Part shown: positions 29,790-41,000 of the stretch, one piece after another
Layout of the letters: every line of letters begins with the position of its first letter
Position numbering within the stretch: the stretch's first letter is position 1
Assembly: GCA_951813545.1 (NCBI GenBank)
Contig: OX638352.1
Location: 4,867,966 to 4,931,965, forward strand
Direction of reading: 5' to 3'
From: an uncultured Poribacteria bacterium
GTDB taxonomy: Bacteria > Poribacteria > WGA-4E > WGA-3G
Length of the DNA: 64,000 nucleotides
The notes under the pieces: model-generated
What the model was told of the DNA's origin: nothing
The model's database searches: none
Seen by the model: only the letters and a program-made list of their open reading frames with translations
Position numbers and translations under genes: made by a program

Positions 29790-32252
29790 TTATTCGTCAA
29801 TCCAACACCGTTTCCCATCGGTGCGAAGGGTAATTGCGCCGGCTTGATCGGTTCGTAATAGGATACATCCACGCGCTTGATACCGGGCAACCACATCTGG
29901 GTGTGGAAATTGAAACTGATCTCTTTGGGCGAGTGAAAAAATCGCATAACGTGGCTGAACGGCATCCAAAAACGGTGTGCTGCTTGATGTGCGGCTCCCA
30001 TGATGCGGCACCTTCAGGATTTCCGAACGAAGATCTTGCCCAGATGCGATGAGTCGAGACTCTGCCTTCTTACCGATGTCCCCCGTGAATAGAATATCTA
30101 TCTCACCATACGTAATCTTCATCACAAGTGAATCGTTGTTCGTGTCTTTATCCAATAGGTTGGTGGACGCAGCGTCGATAGGATGCAACAGGTTTAATGC
30201 GGCTGTCCGTGTGAGTTCGACCTCTCCAGCGTACGGAAACGAATAGGGAATGTCGCGTGCTCTGACAATGGCGTGTAGTCTCCGATGCGTCTGAGAATAA
30301 AGTGGCATATCCGATATACCAAGGACGCGAGCGACACTGAAGTTTTGTAAGATATATCCGAGTCCACCACCGTGGTCAATGTCGGGATGTGTCAGCACAA
30401 CCATGTCAAGTTCCCGAATACCGTGGAAGTCGAGGTAAGGCTCAATAATCCGCTTCCCTATGTCATAATCAACTCGCTTTCGTTTCCGTTCGTCGTAATA
30501 TGATCGCCGGACACCACCATCAATCAACATCGTTTGATTGTCAGGAAACCTAACGATAGCAGCGTCACCCTGTCCAACATCAAGCGTTACGACTTCCAGC
30601 AGTCTTCCTCTCTCGTGGAACGCCATATCCCAGACCCAGATTGCCACAATGGATAGTCCAATAAAGCTTGCAATCCGCCATTGACGGTAGATGTACCACA
30701 AATGTGTAATGCCCAAACAGATTGCGATGTAGAGGACAAACAGACCAAACGTCGGTGGGGTTAGCTTCATTACACCCCATGTCTGTCCAAATATACCGAT
30801 GAGCGACAGAAAGATGGAAATAATGGCGTGGTTGAGAAGTCCAAGCAGCTTTGCGAGTGGTACCCAGAGAAAGCCGACGCATACCGATGCCATGCCCACT
30901 GCAACAATAAGCGAGACAAGTCCAACTGCGAAGGGACCCACGATGATACCGAGTGGATATGCTCGGAAGAAATGGTAGGCTATCAAGGGAGCCGTCCCAA
31001 TCTGTGCAGCGAACGTCACAAGATAGGAGAGCACCAGCCATTTGAGCGTAGCGTTCCGAAATCTTGTCAGGACAGAACCACTACTATCTGAAGGCGAATC
31101 CTCTGAGTCTCCCCACCACCGACGCAAAGGTTTCTCCATTTTCGGAACGAAGTAGGCGATTGAAGCCACCGCTGCAAATGACAACTGGAATCCAACATCC
31201 CATAGTTGCTGTGGGTTCAAAAGGAGCAACACCAACGCCGCAAATGCTAACAGGTTGAAGAGGTCCGCATCCCGGTCAATGAGCACCGCACAGAGAAATA
31301 GGATTGCCATTAGCGATGCGCGAAAAACAGAGGGACGGAAACCGATCAGGCATGCATAAATTAGCACTGCCAGAATCGTCAGCAGACAAACGACCTTCTG
31401 TGGAAACCGAAAGCGTGAAAAACCGAAATAGCAGAACATCGCCACAAGTCCAACGTGTAGACCAGAGACTGCAAGTACATGGAAGGTTCCACTGGTACGG
31501 AAAAGGTCTAACGTTTCGGTGGGGACACCGCTCCGTTTACCGAGTAAGATACCTTTAAGGAGTTGGGCGTGCAATGAAGGCTCTGGAGAGGGTGTTCCTG
31601 TTTCAGTCTGTGTATAGATAACATCAATCACGCGTTCCGTGCGGATACGGAGTGCCTCTATCCATCTCAACGGCGGGAATCCACGTTGTTCACCTATCTG
31701 TAGAAGTCCCTTGGCATCAATTATCCCAACTACATCTTGTCGAGCGAGGTAGGCTCGATAATCAAACCCTCCGGGATTCCGCTTGGCTTGCGGTTGGCGC
31801 AGAACACCCGTCAGTGTCAGGTGTTTGCCGTAACGGAGCGGTACCAATTGCTGAAATCTGATAAGGAATTTCGCCGGCACTCGCTGCGACGGATCTGACA
31901 GTAGTTGAAACTCACCGACAGCGTAACAGGCATCCGACTCCTCTCCGCGGTCTGGCTGATACGCGATGGTGCCTGAAAAACCGATCGGCTCGTCATAGAA
32001 ATGTGCCGGGATTGGCGAGTGCGAGACGGCTTCTAATCTTAACATCCCACCCATGAAGACTGCGAGATGGAGCAATCCGTAACAAAGATACCGCATCCGA
32101 TTCCTTGCTACGATACTACCGATCAGACAAAGCAGCACAGAGAGCCAGAGCCACAGAAATGGAACAGATAGCCAGCTGCCAGCGATGATGCCCAATAGAT
32201 ATGGGATAAGAAAAAAGAGCGCGGGGCGCGGTCTGGGTCGCATATTACCCAC
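29790..32252 (-). CDS. comEC: ComEC/Rec2 family DNA internalisation competence protein with C-terminal metallo-beta-lactamase domain
   Basis: Polytopic membrane N-terminal part followed by an MBL-fold motif THPDIDHGGG. Confidence 0.8.
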   Translation of the reverse strand: MGNMRPRPRPALFFLIPYLLGIIAGSWLSVPFLWLWLSVLLCLIGSIVARNRMRYLCYGLLHLAVFMGGMLRLEAVSHSPIPAHFYDEPIGFSGTIAYQPDRGEESDACYAVGEFQLLSDPSQRVPAKFLIRFQQLVPLRYGKHLTLTGVLRQPQAKRNPGGFDYRAYLARQDVVGIIDAKGLLQIGEQRGFPPLRWIEALRIRTERVIDVIYTQTETGTPSPEPSLHAQLLKGILLGKRSGVPTETLDLFRTSGTFHVLAVSGLHVGLVAMFCYFGFSRFRFPQKVVCLLTILAVLIYACLIGFRPSVFRASLMAILFLCAVLIDRDADLFNLLAFAALVLLLLNPQQLWDVGFQLSFAAVASIAYFVPKMEKPLRRWWGDSEDSPSDSSGSVLTRFRNATLKWLVLSYLVTFAAQIGTAPLIAYHFFRAYPLGIIVGPFAVGLVSLIVAVGMASVCVGFLWVPLAKLLGLLNHAIISIFLSLIGIFGQTWGVMKLTPPTFGLFVLYIAICLGITHLWYIYRQWRIASFIGLSIVAIWVWDMAFHERGRLLEVVTLDVGQGDAAIVRFPDNQTMLIDGGVRRSYYDERKRKRVDYDIGKRIIEPYLDFHGIRELDMVVLTHPDIDHGGGLGYILQNFSVARVLGISDMPLYSQTHRRLHAIVRARDIPYSFPYAGEVELTRTAALNLLHPIDAASTNLLDKDTNNDSLVMKITYGEIDILFTGDIGKKAESRLIASGQDLRSEILKVPHHGSRTSSSTPFLDAVQPRYAIFSLAQRDQFQFPHPDVVARYQARGCILLRTDQAGAITLRTDGKRCWIDE

Positions 32253-32296
32253 AGCAAAAAATAGGAAAATAGATTTATGCCAAAAACATCTCTACT

Positions 32297-32465
32297 ATAT
32301 AGGACTTACGCAGACAGGCGATAAATCACGTTACTACAAACAGACATACCTTGGAAGAACGTGTGTTTCTCAAAAGCAGTCCGGTTCGTAGTCGCGCAAT
32401 TCTGCGGCGTACTCGCCCAAATGCGATGTGAATTATTGTGCCTTGCGTAAGTCCTGCTATATATA
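32297..32465. mobile_element. MITE (~169 bp) with IS701-like TIRs
   Basis: atataggacttacgca (32297-32312) and tgcgtaagtcctgctatatat (32444-32465) are inverted copies of the TIR of the IS at 59994-61085. Confidence 0.5.
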
Positions 32466-32943
32466 AGCGTTCAATTCAGGGTCCTATAGCGATCAGTGTA
32501 TGGGATCTACACCCTGAAGTGAAAGTCACAGTATCATAACTTAAAGACACAATTTTTAAGTAGAAAACGTGCATCACTTGAAAAAAATCTGAATTTTTAT
32601 CTAAAAGTTTCTACACAGATGCTGAAAAACACCCAAGCAAATAAACCCTACGGGACTAAAGAGAGTTTTTAGCAGACGTACGTTTTAGGTTTAAGTCCGG
32701 TTCGGTTAGGAAACCGCACTTACTGGATCTGGGGATTGAGGTTGTCCTTTTTTCTAAAATTGACAGTTATGGTGCGAAAACGCCTTTCACCCGGTAGGCG
32801 AGGTTAGGCACCCTTCCTAAGTAACCGGTGGGAACCCCTCCTACAAGAGAAGCGAATGCCTCTTCTATTTCGCTGATTACATTTGACGCGACTTGAGTTT
32901 CATGATACAATGCCTTTTGACATCACTCTATAGGATAATGTAA

Positions 32944-34299
32944 ATGTCAAAAGATAACATTCTCTCGCAAATGCCGATGGATCTTGGCGACAACCTAAAA
33001 CTCCGATTCGCTACATCTGAGGATATGGATGCACTCGCTGAATTCAATGCTCGCCTCCACGAAGGCGAGAACATCGGTCCAGCAGTTTTAGACCTCATGT
33101 CGGGAGAGCACCCTACCTGCAAGGCAAGTGATTTCACCGTTGTCGAAGATACCAAGACCCAGAAAATTGTGTCATCCGCGTGTCTCATCTCACAGATTTG
33201 GACATATAGTGGTATCCGTTTCAAGTTTGGGCAGCCCGAATTTGTCGCCACTGAACCCGAATACCGCAGAAGGGGTTTAGTCCGTAAACAGTTTGAAGTG
33301 ATTCATGCCCTGAGTGCTACACGCGGTGAATTGATGCAAGGCATCACGGGTATCCCATGGTATTACCGACTGTTCGGATATGAAATGGCACTCGATATGG
33401 AATCAGAACAGGTCATTGATGGGATACATATCCCGTCTTTGAAAAAAGGAGAGACCGAAACGTGTCGGCTTCGACCGCGAACGGAAGCGGATAACACCTT
33501 CATTCAAAAACTTTACGCACACGCAATCCAATCTCATGTCTTCGCATGCCCGCGCACATCAGCACTGTGGGAATATGAGTTCAATGGACGATCAGCAGGG
33601 AGCGACGCACGACATGAATGGCTACTCATCGAAGACCTGGAAGGAATGCGCCTCGGATATGTGCAACATCTTCAGTGGTGTTTTGGAGGTTTTAGCGAAT
33701 CAGGGAACCCCAGCACTAATTTTTTGGTCATGCGAATGGAGTTGAAGCAAGGGGTTGGGTATCTGCACTTGATGCCTTCACTCTTACGATCGTTATGGAA
33801 AAAGGCACAAACGACACCGGTGATGCCTGAGAATAAGAACCCAGAAGTAGTCGGTATCCAGTTCATGTTGGGACGTGAGCACCCTGTCTATCAAGTGCTC
33901 CCTAAATCCATTGTCCGTAAGGAAGCACCGTATGCATGGTACATTCGGGTGCCAAATTTGGTAGCACTCTTGCGACATATCCAGCCAGCCCTCGAAAAAC
34001 ACCTCACCGGCACGGTCGCGGAGGGTTACACTGGCGAGCTCAAACTCAGTTTCTATCGGAGTGGGGTACACCTAAAATTTCAAAAGGGTTGCATAACGGA
34101 AATCGCAGATTGGACACCGGAGGACATTGAGGATGGAGATGCCCAGTTTCCAGAACTGACCTTTTTGCAGCTGCTGTGTGGACGGTGCCGAACAGAAGAA
34201 TTAACCGCAAGTTACGCCGATTGCTGGACAAATGACACCGCAGCAGTGCTGCTCAATTGCCTATTCCCTCCATTCACAAGTGAGGTATGGCATCTTTGA
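32944..34299 (+). CDS. GNAT family N-acetyltransferase (Eis-like multidomain)
   Basis: N-terminal GNAT core with an acetyl-CoA binding motif (QPEFVATEPEYRRRGLVRKQF), plus a C-terminal extension. Confidence 0.55.
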   Translation: MSKDNILSQMPMDLGDNLKLRFATSEDMDALAEFNARLHEGENIGPAVLDLMSGEHPTCKASDFTVVEDTKTQKIVSSACLISQIWTYSGIRFKFGQPEFVATEPEYRRRGLVRKQFEVIHALSATRGELMQGITGIPWYYRLFGYEMALDMESEQVIDGIHIPSLKKGETETCRLRPRTEADNTFIQKLYAHAIQSHVFACPRTSALWEYEFNGRSAGSDARHEWLLIEDLEGMRLGYVQHLQWCFGGFSESGNPSTNFLVMRMELKQGVGYLHLMPSLLRSLWKKAQTTPVMPENKNPEVVGIQFMLGREHPVYQVLPKSIVRKEAPYAWYIRVPNLVALLRHIQPALEKHLTGTVAEGYTGELKLSFYRSGVHLKFQKGCITEIADWTPEDIEDGDAQFPELTFLQLLCGRCRTEELTASYADCWTNDTAAVLLNCLFPPFTSEVWHL

Positions 34300-34471
34300 A
34301 TTATCTGTTAGCAATCAGCAGTTGGTAGTCAGTAGGTGTAGGATAATGTGTGATGTTAATTGTCTGAATCAGGATTTACAGGATTCAAGGATTTTCAGGG
34401 TGAGAGAAACTCCCTATCAAGGAACACTTACCAATAGATGTCCACTCTGATTATAAGCCTATCTATTTAGA

Positions 34472-35050
34472 ATGACAACACAATCGCATGTCATCCTCAA
34501 CATAGCATTCCTCTCAAAGCGAGACAAACCCTTTCTTCACTGCTATGCCTTTATTGGTGCTGTCCTTCCTGACCTACCAATGTTCGTTTTCTTCGTTGTC
34601 GAAACTTTTATCCGAAAGACACCGCAGCGTGAACTCTGGGATTCCCGATACTTTACGGAGGCGTGGCAAACTTTCTTTGACCTTTTCAACGCGATCCCGC
34701 TGATTTTGATTCTTTTGGGGATTGGATATTACCTACTGAACTCCGAGAAAATCACTGTCTTCGCGTGGAGTATGCTTATCCATTGCTTCTTTGACTTTAT
34801 GACACACCACGACGATGGGCATCATCACTTTTTTCCACTCTCCGATTTTGTCTTTGAAAGCCCTATCTCGTATTGGGACGAAGATCATTATGGTAGGGTC
34901 GTCGCGCCGATAGAGCGGTTGGTTATACTTGTTGCCTCTATCTATCTGTTTCCGAGACTGAAAACCCGACTCGCTCGATGGGGTCTGGTACTCGTAAATG
35001 TGTTGTTCCTCGCCTCTTATCTTCTTCTCCTTTTTAGGCGTCGCGGTTAA
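34472..35050 (+). CDS. Membrane-bound putative metal-dependent hydrolase, His-rich
   Basis: Several TM helices and a His cluster MTHHDDGHHHFFP. The CRISPR array begins 16 nt after its stop. Confidence 0.35.
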   Translation: MTTQSHVILNIAFLSKRDKPFLHCYAFIGAVLPDLPMFVFFVVETFIRKTPQRELWDSRYFTEAWQTFFDLFNAIPLILILLGIGYYLLNSEKITVFAWSMLIHCFFDFMTHHDDGHHHFFPLSDFVFESPISYWDEDHYGRVVAPIERLVILVASIYLFPRLKTRLARWGLVLVNVLFLASYLLLLFRRRG

Positions 35051-35066
35051 AATCCCTCTCACGGTA

Positions 35067-38000
35067 GTTTCAATTCTCTACTGGTTCGATTAAAAACTAA
35101 ATAGTGGTCGGCTATCGGCAGTCGGCAAAGAAGTTTCTATTCCATACTGGTTCGATTAAAAGCAGATGCACTATGACTATTTGGAGAAGTATCGTAGTTT
35201 CTATTCTATACTGGTTCGATTAAAAGTGTAAAAACCACCTGCCGTAAGAACTGCCAATTCAACGTTTCTATTCCATACTGGTTCGATTAAAAGATCAGAA
35301 GTTAATTTCAACCAAGACGCACCGGGATAAGTTTCTATTCCATACTGGTTCGATTAAAAGGGTACCTCTTCCTTTTTGTTACTAGAGAAGATGTGGTTTC
35401 TATTCCATACTGGTTCGATTAAAAAGTCTTCATCACTCATGCCATCATAGAAATTTAATGTGCGTTTCTATTCCATACTGGTTCGATTAAAAGGTCGATC
35501 TTTTCTATGAACGACTGAATCTCCGAGCACGTTTCTATTCCATACTGGTTCGATTAAAAGGCGGTCCAAAATAATTTCCCCCACCTTACAACATTTAGAT
35601 GTTTCTATTCCATACTGGTTCGATTAAAAGTCAACCCATGCCCGATCGTATCCGTCTTGCCTCATGTTTCTATTCCATACTGGTTCGATTAAAAGAGCAA
35701 CAGACTTAACACGTCCACCGTGCATCTCGAGACCGTTTCTATTCCATACTGGTTCGATTAAAAGCTACAGGCAGTTAAGGACATGGCGGACGTAGCACGT
35801 TTCTATTCCATACTGGTTCGATTAAAAGGCGGATGTAGCCCTCTGGTGATTGCCACACACAGGAGTGTTTCTATTCCATACTGGTTCGATTAAAAGGACG
35901 TGGGAAATGTGATAAGCCTCTAAGCAAGAAGCCGGTTTCTATTCCATACTGGTTCGATTAAAAGTTCGGTTGGGAGGAGTTTATGAAAGAGAGGAAAAGA
36001 GAAGTTTCTATTCCATACTGGTTCGATTAAAAGAGAGGCACTCAAAGCGAATCCGCCTACGGAAGTCCAGTTTCTATTCCATACTGGTTCGATTAAAAGC
36101 GAAAACAAAATGGGGGCAGCTTTTATTTAATAGTTTCTATTCCATACTGGTTCGATTAAAAGTGTTCATGAACAAATGAACGTCTCTGTCTATGAACGTT
36201 TCTATTCCATACTGGTTCGATTAAAAGTGATCTTCACTGGCAGAACGGAGGTGAAAAATGACAACCTTGTTTCTATTCCATACTGGTTCGATTAAAAGAC
36301 TCGTTCCGTTTCGGTATGGCACAACGAAATTCTGGTTTCTATTCCATACTGGTTCGATTAAAAGCGCTGAGTTCAGGGTTAGGGAGGCTTTGTTTCACGT
36401 TTCTATTCCATACTGGTTCGATTAAAAGTAGAATCCAACTCCGCTTTCCAGTATCTCATCAATAATGTTTCTATTCCATACTGGTTCGATTAAAAGTATC
36501 GCTTTTGCGATCGTCTCGGAAACGGCAAAGGCAAGTTTCTATTCCATACTGGTTCGATTAAAAGGAAAACCTGCCTTTAGCGAAAGGAGTTGATGAAGAT
36601 GAGTTTCTATTCCATACTGGTTCGATTAAAAGCAACTCACCTTGCTTATCTGCTCTATCGCTAAATATGTTTCTATTCCATACTGGTTCGATTAAAAGTT
36701 AATCCTGCATTTCCGTGCCGCTGGACTCTAAAAGTTTCTATTCCATACTGGTTCGATTAAAAGGGCGGTATCACACACAGACGGATCAGGGCGATATACG
36801 TTTCTATTCCATACTGGTTCGATTAAAAGGGTCATCAGTCTCTTATCAGCACTGCCCCATCGGATACGTTTCTATTCCATACTGGTTCGATTAAAAGGAC
36901 GTAGACCTGCGTATACTGCCGATCAAACCAGAAGTTTCTATTCCATACTGGTTCGATTAAAAGTTATGACTGGTACGTTAGGCCGACCGACGACGCAGCG
37001 TTTCTATTCCATACTGGTTCGATTAAAAGGCGTCGCCGCTTTCGGCTCTTTCGATACTTTCTGACAAATGTTTCTATTCCATACTGGTTCGATTAAAAGT
37101 CGCAGGCACGGCAACCGATCCGCAGATACGTTACATGTTTCTATTCCATACTGGTTCGATTAAAAGGGACGTGTTGCCTGCGTGGAACCCGGATGAGAAT
37201 GTTTCTATTCCATACTGGTTCGATTAAAAGATTAGTAACCGCTTTCGTGTATCCAACACGATAAAGTTTCTATTCCATACTGGTTCGATTAAAAGGCTTG
37301 CCAAAGTTCGTCACGCTCATGCTTGTCTTGAATGTTTCTATTCCATACTGGTTCGATTAAAAGCGGTGCGTACAGCTGAGCACCCGTCAATTCAAACTTT
37401 TGGTTTCTATTCCATACTGGTTCGATTAAAAGCTTCCTATTCCGCCGCAACCCTCCGGTAGTTTCCTATAAGTTTCTATTCCATACTGGTTCGATTAAAA
37501 GCACTCGCTATTTCAACGATTGAACCAACGCTTGACGCAGTTTCTATTCCATACTGGTTCGATTAAAAGCGTTCACAGCACGCCACACGTCCGCCAGTTG
37601 AAAGCAGTTTCTATTCCATACTGGTTCGATTAAAAGGATGCTAAGCGTGAGTGTTCTCCTCAGCAAGAGCGTGTTTCTATTCCATACTGGTTCGATTAAA
37701 AGGGTCCCCGATCGGGGAAATGATATTGACTTGATTTCGTTTCTATTCCATACTGGTTCGATTAAAAGTAAGCGATCTGAGTGTTATAATCATTTAACTG
37801 ACACGTTTCTATTCCATACTGGTTCGATTAAAAGACGATGATAAACTGCTTGATGCATGTTTGGCACTCAAGTTTCTATTCCATACTGGTTCGATTAAAA
37901 GTGCATATCGTGCAATTGACTTCTCCCACACCTAAGTTTCTATTCCATACTGGTTCGATTAAAAGTGTGATAGGTTCGTTCACAAATGCGTATTGCGGGT

Positions 38001-41000
38001 GTTTGTTTCTATTCCATACTGGTTCGATTAAAAGAATGGCGATCTGCGTTACAGGGCTTTTTTTGTCATTCCAGTTTCTATTCCATACTGGTTCGATTAA
38101 AAGTGTAGGGAGTAATCACGAGGTTTATTTTCTATCTAAGTTTCTATTCCATACTGGTTCGATTAAAAGTATTGCAAAGATGTTCCATTTGTGAACATCT
38201 ATATGAAGTTTCTATTCCATACTGGTTCGATTAAAAGCGACTCAGAAAACAGGGTCGTAGGAGCTGGGGGGCGTTTCTATTCCATACTGGTTCGATTAAA
38301 AGATCTCGTTTCGCAGGGCTATGACGAAGACACAATCAAGTTTCTATTCCATACTGGTTCGATTAAAAGGCACGTACTTAATGCGTCCTCTGAAGCCCTT
38401 GTACTTTTTGTTTCTATTCCATACTGGTTCGATTAAAAGTCGATGCTCGTCCAATTTTGAAGCTTACCATCTCCGCAGTGTTTCTATTCCATACTGGTTC
38501 GATTAAAAGACAACACTTACTTCCAGGATGAGGACTACTACATAACGTTTCTATTCCATACTGGTTCGATTAAAAGTCAGATTGGTTCCCCTGATCATAA
38601 TGCTTATACGACCTATCTTGTTTCTATTCCATACTGGTTCGATTAAAAGTCATCACCCACAAGTTCCATCGTCTGAATCAAAGGGGTTTCTATTCCATAC
38701 TGGTTCGATTAAAAGGCCGCTTGAATCGCTGCTAAACAAGTGCCAGGAGTGTTTCTATTCCATACTGGTTCGATTAAAAGGAGGCTGTACTGGGTGCATC
38801 GCTTCGCCCATTGATCCAAACGAGTTTCTATTCCATACTGGTTCGATTAAAAGACGCGTCGTCGACAGGCTTTACATACCAATCGTAGGTTTCTATTCCA
38901 TACTGGTTCGATTAAAAGGACTGAAAGCGTAACTCTCCGACCATATTCGTAGCAGGTTTCTATTCCATACTGGTTCGATTAAAAGCAGTTCGGCTGGGAG
39001 AAATTTATGGAAGGAGTCAAAAGGCAAGTTTCTATTCCATACTGGTTCGATTAAAAGCACCAACAGTCCCACCTTCAGTCCCCCAGAGAAAGTGTTTCTA
39101 TTCCATACTGGTTCGATTAAAAGATGCAGGAGAAGGAGACAGTAAGGGATCACGTGAAGGGTTTCTATTCCATACTGGTTCGATTAAAAGTTTGGGCAAA
39201 ACGTTCAAGCATAGCATCCAGAAAAACGTTTCTATTCCATACTGGTTCGATTAAAAGTGTACAGTCTCGGTAAGGCACGTATCACACTTCCTGCGTTTCT
39301 ATTCCATACTGGTTCGATTAAAAGAACATGCCCGTCCGCTGCAGGAAGATGGTACGGAAGTTTCTATTCCATACTGGTTCGATTAAAAGTATTATTGCTT
39401 GTGTCGGTGCGTCCGACTTTTCTGTGTTTCTATTCCATACTGGTTCGATTAAAAGTCGTAACAACGTGTAGTAACTTCTGCAAAATTGCGGTTTCTATTC
39501 CATACTGGTTCGATTAAAAGGCTATTGGAGTTGCTTATTATGAAACTTGAAAAAGAGTTTCTATTCCATACTGGTTCGATTAAAAGTTAGAAAACACAAT
39601 ATCATCCTCCTCCACCAGTATGTTTCTATTCCATACTGGTTCGATTAAAAGAAACGCTCTGTCCAGTAAGTCTTTATCCACGCCCACAAGTTTCTATTCC
39701 ATACTGGTTCGATTAAAAGTGGTGTTTCTACCCCCGCTATCAACCGCCTAACGAATGTTTCTATTCCATACTGGTTCGATTAAAAGAGAAACTGCTTCTG
39801 TAACCGCTTACTAATAATGATGCGTTTCTATTCCATACTGGTTCGATTAAAAGAGGAGATGCCCAATGTGCGTTGGTGGGAAAATATGTGTTTCTATTCC
39901 ATACTGGTTCGATTAAAAGGCAAGGTGCTTGGTGCTGGTGGTGCAGGGTAAGACTGTTTCTATTCCATACTGGTTCGATTAAAAGTTATCAAGTCGAAGA
40001 AGCAATCGCTTAAACCTAAGTTTCTATTCCATACTGGTTCGATTAAAAGTCTATGAAATGATCGTCGTCGCTCAACTCGTACCGTTGTTTCTATTCCATA
40101 CTGGTTCGATTAAAAGGCGCCTCTTGCAGTTGTTGGGCTGTATCCGAGAGTTGCGTTTCTATTCCATACTGGTTCGATTAAAAGTGAACCAAGCCGTACG
40201 AACGACACAGACATTTGAATGTTTCTATTCCATACTGGTTCGATTAAAAGTTTGCCGCGTGGCATTTTCTACACACTTCGCGAGAGTTTCTATTCCATAC
40301 TGGTTCGATTAAAAGGTCTTTGAGAAACGTCAACGCGTTAGCTATCTTTGGTTTCTATTCCATACTGGTTCGATTAAAAGTCCTGCATCGAAGATTCATC
40401 GAGCGCAAGTTCCATGTTTCTATTCCATACTGGTTCGATTAAAAGGCGAATAGAGATGTGGACTGTTCGGGATTCCTTAGTGTGTTTCTATTCCATACTG
40501 GTTCGATTAAAAGTTAAGGTTGAGGCAGGTGATGTTGATGTTCAGTCCTAGTTTCTATTCCATACTGGTTCGATTAAAAGTCAAGCACTCCATTCAAAAA
40601 AACCGGCTCCTACAACAAGCGTTTCTATTCCATACTGGTTCGATTAAAAGATCCACGCCCACAAAGGAGCATAGACAATTTCCTTTTTTCTATTCCATAC
40701 TGGTTCGATTAAAAGAATTGCCAAGAGAGTATCTCAGCACCTTCAATACGTAAGTTTCTATTCCATACTGGTTCGATTAAAAGTTCCATCTCTTCAAATG
40801 AATAACCTCCGTGGAAGTTTCTATTCCATACTGGTTCGATTAAAAGGCGCGTCCTTCACGGGCGCGTCAAATCCTGCAAGGTGCTGTTTCTATTCCATAC
40901 TGGTTCGATTAAAAGTTGCCAAACCAGACAATCAGCATGTACTGACCCAAGAATTGTTTCTATTCCATACTGGTTCGATTAAAAGTCCTGTTCCCGATCG

